Shown: positions 27,181-36,277, counted from the stretch's first letter. The stretch is DNA of 64,000 nt from an uncultured Acidobacteriota bacterium (GCA_963741955.1 CAVUKB010000007.1:832001-896000); one strand, 5' to 3'. A program made the numbers and translations. The notes: generated by a model from the letters alone, not told the origin.

Positions 27181-27234
27181 TGCGAATAGTTATGCAGCAC
27201 AACGAATATTTATACAGAAGATTCCCGATGTCAA
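27181..27234 (-). promoter_or_regulatory. arg operon promoter with tandem ARG boxes
   Basis: Minus-strand TTGACA at 27234-27229, then two 18-bp imperfect palindromes TCTGTATAAATATTCGTT (27218-27201) and GCTGCATAACTATTCGCA (27198-27181), 2 bp apart, upstream of argR. Confidence 0.8.
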
Positions 27235-27240
27235 GAGGAG

Positions 27241-27525
27241 CGAGGCTCGAGGCTCGAGACTCGAGGCTCGTGCGCTGGAGGTTGGAGACTCTTCGCTGGA
27301 GATTTTGGCTCAGGATGGCTTCGCTCCCCGAGCCCTGGACTTCTCGCCCCGAACCTCGCGCATGGCGAGCCCCATAGGGGCGTTTGACAACAGCCAGGGC
27401 GAGGCCCCGGGGACCACGATCGCGATCCGAATTGAGATCGTTGCATCCCGAGCCCCGTAGGGGCGATTGAACCGGAACCTCGATCTCCGGGATGACTCGA
27501 TCGAGCCCCGAGCCCCGAGCCCCGC
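27241..27525. repeat. Heptamer arrays flanking two REP-like palindromes
   Basis: (CGAGGCT)n at 27241-27270 and (CGAGCCC)n at about 27502-27524. AGCCCC(A/G)TAGGGGCG at 27368-27382 and 27451-27465. Confidence 0.7.
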
Positions 27526-27533
27526 GCCTCTCT

Positions 27534-27986
27534 CTACTTCCCGCTTCGCGTCATCCGGTCCGGCGACATCAGGACGTCCGGATCGCTCTTCAGTTCCACC
27601 ACCGTCGTCTCATCCGAATCCTGCGAGACGATGAGCATCCGCACCAGGCTCCCGGCCGGAGCGGCGAACACCACCGTCCGCTCACCGTCGCGGCGTGAGC
27701 TCGCCACCACGATCGGCTGCCACTCCGGTCCGGCGAGCCGCCTCGCGATTGCGACCACGTCCCTCGTGGCCGGAACATTCTCGAATGTCGCGAGCTTCAC
27801 ATCGTGCACTCCGTCCGGATGCATGATTCGGATGGCGATCCGTCCCAGACCCATGAATGGGATCCCGGTGCGGGTGACGCGCGGGATCGAGCCGATCTCC
27901 CGTGCAATCTCGTCGAAGCCGGCGCGCGCCGGGATCGCGACGACGACGCCGAGGAGGGCGATGGAGAGAGCCCGGAGCGCTCTCAC
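27534..27986 (-). CDS. Secreted hypothetical protein (DUF4252-related partner)
   Basis: Signal peptide ending ARA. The W.PIV...S and VVEL pattern parallels the adjacent DUF4252 gene. Overlapping stop/start. Confidence 0.6.
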   Translation of the reverse strand: MRALRALSIALLGVVVAIPARAGFDEIAREIGSIPRVTRTGIPFMGLGRIAIRIMHPDGVHDVKLATFENVPATRDVVAIARRLAGPEWQPIVVASSRRDGERTVVFAAPAGSLVRMLIVSQDSDETTVVELKSDPDVLMSPDRMTRSGK

Positions 27987-28543
27987 TCCTTCCCTCCCTT
28001 CGGAGTCGTGTCGATGTGCGGGATTCCGAACTGACCTTCGATGCTCCCCAGCTTCTCGAGATCGATCGGACCAACGAGCTGCACTACGGTGAACTCCTTC
28101 GGCTCGGCTGCGATGATCACCATCCCGCCGATCCGATCACCGCTCTTCGGAAGGAGGTAAATCTCCACGTTCTCCGAGTTGCGGTTCTTCACGTTCACGA
28201 TCTTCTGCCACTCCGGGCCGAGCTGTCTCCGGACTTTGTCGGCCTCGGCGATGTCGTACGCACCCTCCTGGTCGAACTCGAAGCTGCGGACGTAGATCCC
28301 GTCGAGGCCGCGGATGATCTCCTTCGCGCTCTTCTCGTCCTGCTGGTCGCTGGAGAGAAATCCCGAGGCGAGGCGGAGCATCTTTCCATCGAGCGTCACT
28401 TCGACCGACTCAGCGGCCTTTGCGGCGAGCCGGCTGAAGTCGAGATCGAGAGGTCGCGTTTGCGCGGACGCACTCGATGCGGCAGCGATGCCGAACACGA
28501 TCATGGCGAGGGTACGAATCGATCTCATCGGATTCTCCTTCAT
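27983..28543 (-). CDS. DUF4252 domain protein
   Basis: Signal peptide. KA.ESVEVTLD, L.GIYVRSFEF, W.KIV.V, EPKEFTVVQLVGPID. Confidence 0.8.
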   Translation of the reverse strand: MKENPMRSIRTLAMIVFGIAAASSASAQTRPLDLDFSRLAAKAAESVEVTLDGKMLRLASGFLSSDQQDEKSAKEIIRGLDGIYVRSFEFDQEGAYDIAEADKVRRQLGPEWQKIVNVKNRNSENVEIYLLPKSGDRIGGMVIIAAEPKEFTVVQLVGPIDLEKLGSIEGQFGIPHIDTTPKGGKE

Positions 28544-28884
28544 TGGCCGGGCGCGTTCTCAGCGTCTCCGGTAATCACTTCGATCTGGTGTCGAGCGAGA
28601 GCGCTCTTTTCTCCGGTGATCCGGAGCGCGAGAAGGACTTCCTCCTTCGCGCGCTCTCCCGCGAGTCGGTGCTGGTGGGTCTCGAAGAGGGCAACGGAGC
28701 TCCCTCCGGCGACGAGTAAGAGAAGAGCGGCGACGGCCGCCCGCCACGGCTGCTGCCACCGAGCCGCCCGCTTCGGCGTCGCCGATGCATCGCCGCGACG
28801 GATCCGCTCCATGACCCGCTCTTCGAATCCCGCTGGCGGGTCCGTTCTCTTCAGAAGCTGCTTCAATTGCGATTCGAGGTTCAT
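28540..28884 (-). CDS. Putative anti-sigma factor (single TM)
   Basis: DPPAGFEERVMERI followed by one TM helix. Translationally coupled to the ECF sigma. Confidence 0.7.
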   Translation of the reverse strand: MNLESQLKQLLKRTDPPAGFEERVMERIRRGDASATPKRAARWQQPWRAAVAALLLLVAGGSSVALFETHQHRLAGERAKEEVLLALRITGEKSALARHQIEVITGDAENAPGQ

Positions 28885-29444
28885 GACGGGACTCCGGTGG
28901 GGTTTTCCAGGCGCCGGCGCAGTGACGAGAGAGCCCGGCGGAGATGACTACGGACGGTGTTGAGCGGAAGCTCGAGGAGCGAGGCGATCTCGCCCGGCGC
29001 GAGCTCCTCCTGGTAGCGAAGCGTGACGACGGTTCTCTGGATGAGCGGAAGGGTCGCCATCGTGTTTCGGAGATTCGACTGAAGGAAAGGGTCGGGCTCG
29101 CGCTCCGTCGCGTGGACCGGCGACACCTCTTCCAGCGGAAGGAGGAGCGGGCGTCGCTTCCGGCTCTCGTCGATGCAGCGGTTCACAGTGACCCGGCGGA
29201 GCCAGTAGACCAGGTGCTCGTCCGATTCGATCTCTCCGAGATGCCGGTAGAGCTGGAGGAAGACTTCCTGTGCGAGCTCCTCCGCGAGTGCCGCGTCGTG
29301 GATCGAATGAACGGCAATGCCGTAGACCATCGACTGATGCTGCCGGACGATCTCCGTGAACGCCTCCTCGTCCCCCTCGAGGGATCGCGCCACGAGCGAA
29401 ATGCCCGCGTCGGAAGGAGCCGGATCGGGGACCAGTGCGATCAT
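28881..29444 (-). CDS. ECF sigma-70 family RNA polymerase sigma factor
   Basis: GDEEAF..IV, AEELAQEVFL, WL.RVTVNRCID, EIA..L..P..TVRSHL.RA. Confidence 0.92.
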   Translation of the reverse strand: MIALVPDPAPSDAGISLVARSLEGDEEAFTEIVRQHQSMVYGIAVHSIHDAALAEELAQEVFLQLYRHLGEIESDEHLVYWLRRVTVNRCIDESRKRRPLLLPLEEVSPVHATEREPDPFLQSNLRNTMATLPLIQRTVVTLRYQEELAPGEIASLLELPLNTVRSHLRRALSSLRRRLENPTGVPS

Positions 29445-29576
29445 CTCTCTTGCCTATACGGAAAAATCCGGCAGTCGGACGCAGTCCGCCCGCTTTATCA
29501 GTGGTGGACGCGGACGCGAAGCGAATGATGTGGATTACGAGGCCGGCGACATGCCTTGACGCGGCTCGAGTCGCCT

Positions 29577-29885
29577 TCAGCCGAGATCTTCCGCGATTTC
29601 GTAGAGCCGGACCTTCGCCTCCATCTCCAGGAGGTAGCGTCGATCGTCCGGGTAATAGACCGCGGTCTCCGGGTTGTCGCCGGCGTAACGGCACACCGCT
29701 TCGATCGAGCTCCAGAGCGTGAAGAGAATGAACTCGGTGACGTCGCCATTGTCGCGACGCAGCACCATCACCCGGAGGTTCCCCTCAGTGGAGCGATAAG
29801 CAGGAATCGCGGTCTCCTGAAGGTACCGCAGATACTCGTCTGCCTTTTCGCGTCGGGTCCTGCCACGCCAGGTGCGTCCGATCAA
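29577..29885 (-). CDS. Antibiotic biosynthesis monooxygenase-like (dimeric alpha-beta barrel) protein
   Basis: I.R.WRG.T..KADEY..YL.ET..Y..T.GN, TLW.S.EAV..YAG..A.YYP.D..YL. RBS GGAGG before TTG. Confidence 0.8.
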   Translation of the reverse strand: MIGRTWRGRTRREKADEYLRYLQETAIPAYRSTEGNLRVMVLRRDNGDVTEFILFTLWSSIEAVCRYAGDNPETAVYYPDDRRYLLEMEAKVRLYEIAEDLG

Positions 29886-29988
29886 TCGATCCTCCGGTCC
29901 GGCAAATGATAGCGGGATTCCGGCCGCCGGTCGAAAAGAAGCCGTCCTCGCCGGGGGATCATGAATCCGGCGGTAGAATGGCCCGGCC

Positions 29989-31512
29989 ATGACGCCGGAT
30001 CCGCCGAGCGGCGACACAGACCGCGATCTCGCCAGGAAGATCTTCCTCCTGGCGCTGGTCACCTGCGCGTGGTTTTTCGGAGGATCGGGATTCAACCAGG
30101 GATCGAATATCGACCTGACGCGCGCAATCATCGAGCGGCATACCCTTTCGATCGACCCCTACATCGAGAATACGGGCGACATCTCCGTCCACGGCGGGCA
30201 CATCTACTCGAACAAGGCTCCCGGACTCTCCTTCCTCGCGCTGGTGCCTTATGGCCTGGTCCATTCGATCGAGCGGCTCGAAGGGATCGATCCCGGCGAC
30301 CCTCTGGTGATGACCGTGAATCTCTATTTCGTCACCGTGGCGCTCTGCGCCACGGCTGGAGCAGTGATTCCTGCGGTGCTTTTCCTGATCGGGCGATTCG
30401 CCGGTGTGTCGAGACGCTGGTCGATGATCGTGGCGCTGCTCGTGATGTTCGGGACCCCGCTCTTCCCCTTCTCCACGGTACTCTTCGCACACGTTCCGAG
30501 CGCGCTGATGCTCCTGCTGGCGTACCGCGATCTCTTCTTCCGCGACAGGCCGAGACCCTTTGCCGCGGGCGCGTGGATCGGAGTGGCCGGACTGACGAAC
30601 TATCTCTGCATCCCGGTCGCAGCAATTTTCGCAGTGGCGGTTGCCGCGACACGTGAAGCTCGCTGGCGGCGGACCGCTCTCTTCATTCTCGGCGGACTCC
30701 CGTCGGTGGTACTTCTCGGTGCGTACCAGTACGCCGCGTTCGGTTCGTTCCTCCGGACGTCCGTCGAGGCGACCGATCCCCGCTACCTGACCCGCGGCGC
30801 ACTGTTCGGGGTTCTTCAGCTCCCGAATCCCGAGGCACTCTACGGGATCACGTTCTCTCCGTACCGCGGCCTCTTCGTCTTCTCGCCACTCCTCGTGCTG
30901 GCGCTTGCCGGAGCGGTCCTGATGCTGCGGCGCTTCCGGATCGCCGGCACTGCGCTCTGGGTCATCATCTTCTACTTCTTCCTCGTGAATGCGAGTTTCA
31001 ACGGGTGGCACGGCGGATCGTCGAGCGGACCGCGCTACCTCATCCCGCTGATACCTCTTCTCGGTGTCGCACTCCTTTTCTTCGCCAGCCGGCTCCGGCC
31101 ACTCTGGATCGGCCTCGGCACTGCCGCGCTCCTCTTCAACTTCGCGGCGACTGCGGTCGACCCGCAGGCGCAAAGCACCATCAGGGATCCGATACGCGCT
31201 TATCTCGGTCCGGCACTCGTTCACGGACGGATCCCCGAGAGCGAGACGTCGGTTCCTGCGGGGATCCGGATGTTTTACACGGGACACGTCGGGATCAACC
31301 GGGTCGCTGCCGACGAAGTGAATCCGTTCGAGCGGCATCGACCGGGCTCGCTCGCTTCGGAATGGGCCAGCTTCAATCTCGGAGAGCTGGCGTTCGGAAC
31401 CGGGAGTGCCGCCTCCGTCGCGCCGATCGTCGCCTGGATGCTCCTCGGTTCGATCTACCTCCTGCAGCGCGGTGCTCGGGAGGAGGCGGTCGGGGCAACC
31501 GAAGGGTCGTGA
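29989..31512 (+). CDS. Polytopic membrane protein, putative GT-C (PMT-like) glycosyltransferase
   Basis: Multiple TM helices, YSNKAPG.S, RGLFVFSP, W.GG.S.GPRYL. Confidence 0.6.
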   Translation: MTPDPPSGDTDRDLARKIFLLALVTCAWFFGGSGFNQGSNIDLTRAIIERHTLSIDPYIENTGDISVHGGHIYSNKAPGLSFLALVPYGLVHSIERLEGIDPGDPLVMTVNLYFVTVALCATAGAVIPAVLFLIGRFAGVSRRWSMIVALLVMFGTPLFPFSTVLFAHVPSALMLLLAYRDLFFRDRPRPFAAGAWIGVAGLTNYLCIPVAAIFAVAVAATREARWRRTALFILGGLPSVVLLGAYQYAAFGSFLRTSVEATDPRYLTRGALFGVLQLPNPEALYGITFSPYRGLFVFSPLLVLALAGAVLMLRRFRIAGTALWVIIFYFFLVNASFNGWHGGSSSGPRYLIPLIPLLGVALLFFASRLRPLWIGLGTAALLFNFAATAVDPQAQSTIRDPIRAYLGPALVHGRIPESETSVPAGIRMFYTGHVGINRVAADEVNPFERHRPGSLASEWASFNLGELAFGTGSAASVAPIVAWMLLGSIYLLQRGAREEAVGATEGS

Positions 31513-31524
31513 CGCAACTCCTAG

Positions 31525-31701
31525 CCTGCATTTCTCACATCGTCTCTGCTGCGGAGACGGATAGCGGGCTGTCTACTACGTTGCGCACATCTTCGGCTCC
31601 TCGACATAGTCACCACTATGCCTTCGTCGCCGAAGCTGAGCGCGCCTTGTATCCAGGCCGCTCTCCGCCTCCTCGCGTCGAGACGGTGTGAGAAATGCGG
31701 G
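31525..31701. mobile_element. Family B MITE-like hairpin repeat, copy B1
   Basis: Long terminal inverted repeats CCTGCATTTCTCACATCGTCTC / GAGACGGTGTGAGAAATGCGGG, preceded by CTAG. Homologous to 36100-36277. Confidence 0.8.
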
Positions 31702-31766
31702 CTTGGGCTTTTGATGACAATTCTGTAAGCTGAGCCGTCTCATCCAGAAAGGAGACCGCTCGGCTC

Positions 31767-33353
31767 ATGGCAACAGCGACCGAAAAGCATCCAAAAGGCC
31801 TCTACGTTCTCTTCGCCACGGAGATGTGGGAGCGCTTCGGCTTCTACACGATGTTGGCGATGCTCACCCTCTACATGAGGGACGGGCTCCAGGGTTTCGG
31901 CTGGACAACGGCGAAGGCGACCGGGGTCTACTCCTGGTACCAGGCGTTCGTCTATGCAACGCCACTGATCGGCGGATGGCTCGCCGACCGGTTCCTCGGG
32001 TACCGCAACTCGATCACCATCGGCGGTGCATTCTTCTTTTCCGGCTTCGTGCTCCTGATGGTGCCTCACCAGGTGGGGATTTTCTATCTCGCACTGGTCT
32101 GTCTGGTCACCGGGAACGGCTTCTTCAAACCGAACGTCTCGTCGATGGTCGGTAACCTCTACAAGGAGGGGAGCCATCTCAAGGACCGGGCGTACCTGGT
32201 GTTCTACATGGGGATCAACATCGGTGCGTTCATCGCGCCGATCAGCGCCGAATACGTGAAGACGCACTGGGGCTTCAACCGGGCGTTCGGCGTCGCCGCC
32301 CTCGGGATGATCATCTCGATGGCGGTCTTCTGGGGTTTCCGGCGGTTCACCAGGGGTGCAGACCGGGTTCACGGAGACTTCGTCGATTCGGACTCAGCGA
32401 AGGAGCAGGCCGAAGCGGTGGCGGTCACTGAGGACCTTCCGCCGAACGCGAAGCACGAGGCGATGATCGCAGTTCCGGAGTGGAAACGGATCGTCGCGCT
32501 GATCGTGATCTTCCTGATCGTGATCGTCTTCTGGATGATCTTCCATCAGAACGGCAGCACCCTGACCTTCTGGGCGAACGACAACACGAACTGGAACGTG
32601 ACCGGGATCATCTCGAACGCGATCAATCCGTTCTGGATCATCACCCTCTCGCTTCCTCTCGCGTGGTTCTGGGGCTTTCTCGACCGGCGGGGGCTCGAGC
32701 CTTCCACGCCGACCAAGATCGCGATGGGGATGCTGCTGACCGGTTGTTCACTCATGATCCTCTATTTCGCCGCCCTCTCCGGTGGCTACACGAAACCCTC
32801 GACGCGGATCATCGCGCCGGCGCCCGCCGCGAATCACTACTACGTGCAACTCGCACCGGGGCTGATGGAGAAGATGAAGATCGAGACGGCGCCGATGGAG
32901 ATCGAAGTTCCGGAGGCGGCGCGAAGCACGAACGGACATCCGACCATGGAGGTCTGGGAAGTCGAGAACACCGGAAACGCGATTCTGAAGCACAACGACC
33001 CGGTGCGCATCGAAAGTGCCGAGGGAGGGAAGATCATCGTCGCCCCGGCGAAGAAGGTCTCACCATGGTGGCTGATCATGTCGTACTTCGTGATCTCTCT
33101 CGGAGAGCTGATGCTCAGTCCCATGGGGCTCGCTCTGGTCTCGAAGGTCGCTCCTCCGCGGATGCGGGGACTGATGATGGGCGGATGGTTTCTGGCGACT
33201 GCAATCGGCAACAAACTGACCGCGATCGGCGCGTTCTGGGACGTCTGGAGTCACGCTCAGTTTTTCATCACTCTAGCGCTGATGGCATTCGTAATGGCGG
33301 CCGTGCTCTTCGTTCTCATACGGCCGCTGAAGAAAGCGATGCCGGGCGTGTGA
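31767..33353 (+). CDS. POT/PTR family di-/tripeptide:H+ symporter
   Basis: HPKGL..LF.TEMWERFGFY (ExxER), GGWLADR.LG, GNGFFKPN, FYMGINIG, GEL.LSP.GL. Confidence 0.95.
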   Translation: MATATEKHPKGLYVLFATEMWERFGFYTMLAMLTLYMRDGLQGFGWTTAKATGVYSWYQAFVYATPLIGGWLADRFLGYRNSITIGGAFFFSGFVLLMVPHQVGIFYLALVCLVTGNGFFKPNVSSMVGNLYKEGSHLKDRAYLVFYMGINIGAFIAPISAEYVKTHWGFNRAFGVAALGMIISMAVFWGFRRFTRGADRVHGDFVDSDSAKEQAEAVAVTEDLPPNAKHEAMIAVPEWKRIVALIVIFLIVIVFWMIFHQNGSTLTFWANDNTNWNVTGIISNAINPFWIITLSLPLAWFWGFLDRRGLEPSTPTKIAMGMLLTGCSLMILYFAALSGGYTKPSTRIIAPAPAANHYYVQLAPGLMEKMKIETAPMEIEVPEAARSTNGHPTMEVWEVENTGNAILKHNDPVRIESAEGGKIIVAPAKKVSPWWLIMSYFVISLGELMLSPMGLALVSKVAPPRMRGLMMGGWFLATAIGNKLTAIGAFWDVWSHAQFFITLALMAFVMAAVLFVLIRPLKKAMPGV

Positions 33354-33406
33354 GGCAGATGGTGCGCGGCTGATCTCAGCGGCGGCACGAAATCGGAAAG
33401 ACGACG

Positions 33407-33440
33407 AGGCGGGCGGATTCGATCCGTCCGCCTTTTTCTT
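33407..33440 (+). terminator. Rho-independent terminator
   Basis: AGGCGGGCGGAT-TCG-ATCCGTCCGCCT followed by TTTTCTT. Confidence 0.8.
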
Positions 33441-33535
33441 GCAGCAGCGCCGTTCGCCCGGCTTTCCGCGTCCGGCCGGATCTGTGAGAATGGCACGGGA
33501 GATTGATCTTCCCCGGCTCGAGGGCCACACCAGCG

Positions 33536-34633
33536 ATGACGACCAGACGATCAGACGATGCCGACCCGCCGAAAGGGGTCATGTCTGACGTTCCGCTCTC
33601 GTCTCTCACTACTCTGGGAGTCGGCGGTCCGGCGCGCTGGTTCCTCGAAGTCGCGAGCGTCGAGCAACTGAAAGACGCACTTCGCTGGAGCGTGACTCGC
33701 GAGCTGCCGTTTTTCATTCTCGGGGGAGGCAGCAATCTGCTGGTGGTGGACTCCGGATTCGACGGGCTGGTGGTGAAGATCGCATTACGAGGGATCGATG
33801 TTCGCGAAGACGGCGAATCGGTCCTGGTGCGGGCCGCGGCAGGGGAGCGCTGGGATGACCTCGTCCTGTTTGCGGTGGAGCGCGACCTCGCCGGAGTCGA
33901 GTGCCTTTCCGGGATTCCCGGGCTGGTCGGCGCGACTCCGATCCAGAACGTCGGCGCATACGGACAGGAAGTGAGCGAGACGATCGAAGAAGTGGAAGTG
34001 CTCGAGATTGCCTCCGGCGAGATCAGTCGCCTCTCCAACGCCGATTGCCGGTTCGGCTACCGCCAGAGCATCTTCAAGCGGGAAGCGAAAGGGCGATTCG
34101 TGGTGCTCGGCGTCACGTATCGATTGACTCGCGGTGGGGCTCCTGCTCTCCGTTACCCCGATCTGCAGAGGATGGTCGAGCATGGTGGCAACCGTGAACC
34201 CTCGCTGGCCGACGTGCGGGAATCGGTGATCGCGATTCGGCGGAAGAAAGGAATGGTTCTCGATCCCGGCGATCTCGACACGCGGAGTGCCGGCTCGTTC
34301 TTCATGAATCCCGTGGTCTCGCAGGATGCATACGAGGAGGTGGTCGCCCGTGCGCGGGACGCCGGGATTCCGCGAGAGGAGAAAGTCCCGTCCTACCCGC
34401 AGGGGAACGAGGTCAAACTCTCCGCAGCGTGGCTGATCGAAAAGGCAGGATTCCACCGCGGATACGGAGCCGGACGCGCCGCCCTCTCCACGAAGCACAC
34501 GCTCGCGGTGACGAACCGCGGGAATGCGACCGCAGAAGAGGTCCTTGGTCTGGTCCGTGAGATTCAGGACGGGGTGGAAGGAAAATTCGGGTTGCGCCTC
34601 GATCCGGAGCCGGAGATCGTGGGAGAGAGGTGA
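33536..34633 (+). CDS. murB: UDP-N-acetylenolpyruvoylglucosamine reductase
   Basis: TTLGVGGPA, GGGSNLLV, GIPG.VGA.PIQNVGAYG, FGYRQS.FK, SAGSFF.NP, KLSAAWLIE. Start uncertain (33503-33581). Confidence 0.95.
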   Translation: MTTRRSDDADPPKGVMSDVPLSSLTTLGVGGPARWFLEVASVEQLKDALRWSVTRELPFFILGGGSNLLVVDSGFDGLVVKIALRGIDVREDGESVLVRAAAGERWDDLVLFAVERDLAGVECLSGIPGLVGATPIQNVGAYGQEVSETIEEVEVLEIASGEISRLSNADCRFGYRQSIFKREAKGRFVVLGVTYRLTRGGAPALRYPDLQRMVEHGGNREPSLADVRESVIAIRRKKGMVLDPGDLDTRSAGSFFMNPVVSQDAYEEVVARARDAGIPREEKVPSYPQGNEVKLSAAWLIEKAGFHRGYGAGRAALSTKHTLAVTNRGNATAEEVLGLVREIQDGVEGKFGLRLDPEPEIVGER

Positions 34634-34662
34634 TCGAGCTTACCGACCAGCCTGGCGGCGGG

Positions 34663-35346
34663 CTACCGGAGATGCTCTTCCTCGAGCACCTGAGTGATGA
34701 CGTCGAGGTCGACGCTGCGTTCGAGATACTCCCAGATTGCGAGAACGTCTTCCCGGTACGGCATGTGCGCCTCGCCTGCGGCGATGAGGGAGAACTTCGC
34801 GCGGTTGTACCACTTGCGGGCTTCGTCGGGATTGAGGTGGAGCCGTTCGCGGGCGTGCTGGACGAGAAGAAGCTCGTCGCTGGAGACGCGTGGTCCTGCG
34901 ACGATGCGCCGCACCGAGCGTTGCGCCTGTATCTTCTGCTGCTTCGCGAGGAGGACCTCTTTCTTCCGGTCGAGCGACGCGTCGTCCGGGCGCGCCTGAG
35001 CCGATTCGACCAGCTGGCGGAGGGCGTCGCGTGATTTCGCGAGATCTCCGTCCATCCGAAACCCGCTCCGATACATCAGTTTTCCCTGCTCATTTGCGCG
35101 CTTCGAGAGATGACTCCAGACCACCCGTGCGGGAAGCGAGAACGAGTGGCCTCGCGGCGTGAGCTGGAATGTGATCTTTCCGGTGGTTCCGGGCCGGAGA
35201 GCGACCTCGTGCTCGGCTTGAACTCCTCGCTCCGCAAAGTCGAAGATGGCGATCTCCGACCCCGCGAAAGCTCCTCCGAGAGGTGGCTGGACGATGTAAC
35301 GTTCGACACTCCGCGCTTCCCGGACGTCCATGTCTTCCGCAGCCAT
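34663..35346 (-). CDS. PilZ domain protein with C-terminal helical extension
   Basis: RSVER (RxxxR), DFAERG (DxSxxG-like), ARVVWS, YRSGF. Confidence 0.75.
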   Translation of the reverse strand: MAAEDMDVREARSVERYIVQPPLGGAFAGSEIAIFDFAERGVQAEHEVALRPGTTGKITFQLTPRGHSFSLPARVVWSHLSKRANEQGKLMYRSGFRMDGDLAKSRDALRQLVESAQARPDDASLDRKKEVLLAKQQKIQAQRSVRRIVAGPRVSSDELLLVQHARERLHLNPDEARKWYNRAKFSLIAAGEAHMPYREDVLAIWEYLERSVDLDVITQVLEEEHLR

Positions 35347-35416
35347 GGTCCCTTTATACCGCGATTCGGGAGGTGTGAGAAGGCGGGCGCCTCTCGGTTT
35401 TCCGCCGTTGCGGCCG

Positions 35417-35842
35417 TCATCTTTCGGTCGCTTCGTACCAGGGAAGCATCTGCTCCCGAAGATCGTCCGGCACCGGCACCGGTTCGAACTCTCCCTTCCG
35501 CACCGTGACCACGATGTACTTCCCGCTCGCGACTACCTGCTCCGGGGTGTCTTTCTTGCGAACCTCGAAATGGAGATGAATGGAGGTTCGTCCGATCTTA
35601 CCGAACCAGGCGTCGACGACGAGGAGATCGTCCAGGCGAACCGGGTAATGAAAATCGCATTCGACGTGCACGCGTGGAAGCCACACGCCGATCTCGTCGA
35701 ACAGCTTCCGGTAAGTCAGTCCCGCGTGTCGGAACAGCTCGACCTCTGCGAGCCCGAAGAAGCGGAGGTAGGCCTGGTAGTTGATGATGCCGGCCGCGTC
35801 GATGTCTTCCCAGCGAACGTATTCTTCGACTTTGTAGCGCAT
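35417..35842 (-). CDS. Acyl-CoA thioesterase (4HBT/YbgC hotdog family)
   Basis: VRWEDIDAAGII...Y..FF, CDF..P.RLDD.L, GRTS. Confidence 0.88.
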   Translation of the reverse strand: MRYKVEEYVRWEDIDAAGIINYQAYLRFFGLAEVELFRHAGLTYRKLFDEIGVWLPRVHVECDFHYPVRLDDLLVVDAWFGKIGRTSIHLHFEVRKKDTPEQVVASGKYIVVTVRKGEFEPVPVPDDLREQMLPWYEATER

Positions 35843-35896
35843 CGGGCTCGTCTCCGATCTCAGTGCGACCATTCTGTCAGGTCCGTGAAGGCGTGG

Positions 35897-36095
35897 CCCG
35901 CATTTCTCACACCGTCTCGACGCGAGCTTGCCGGGCAGCGAAGGATCCCCTCTCCGAGGGGCGCCACGGCTCCCGCCGCGGCCGCGCAGATCGCCTTCAG
36001 AACGCAACGAGACGACACCTGCGGCAGATGCGCAGTAACTCCGCGCATCAGCTCTGTGAACACCCACAGCGCCCCTGAAGTTCGGGCCATTGGGG
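35897..36095. mobile_element. Chimeric repeat: family B terminus (35897-35926) fused to family A copy A2 (35921-36095)
   Basis: CCCGCATTTCTCACACCGTCTCGACGCGAG is the reverse complement of the B right end. It continues through the shared CGCGAG into family A and ends in the A TIR AAGTTCGGGCCATTGG. Confidence 0.8.
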
Positions 36096-36099
36096 CTGA

Positions 36100-36277
36100 C
36101 CCGCATTTCTCACACCATCTCTGCTGCGGAGACGGATAGCGGCCTGTCTGCTGCGTTGCACTCCAGCTTCGGCTACTCAACATAGTCACCACTATGCCTT
36201 CGTCGCCGAAGCGGGGTGCGCCTTGCATCCAGGCTGCTCTCCGCCTCCTCGCGACGAGATGGTGTGAGAAAAGCGGG
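36100..36277. mobile_element. Family B MITE-like hairpin repeat, copy B2
   Basis: CCCGCATTTCTCACACCATCTC ... GAGATGGTGTGAGAAAAGCGGG then TTAA. Shares the central CATAGT-CACC-ACTATG hairpin with B1. Confidence 0.8.
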
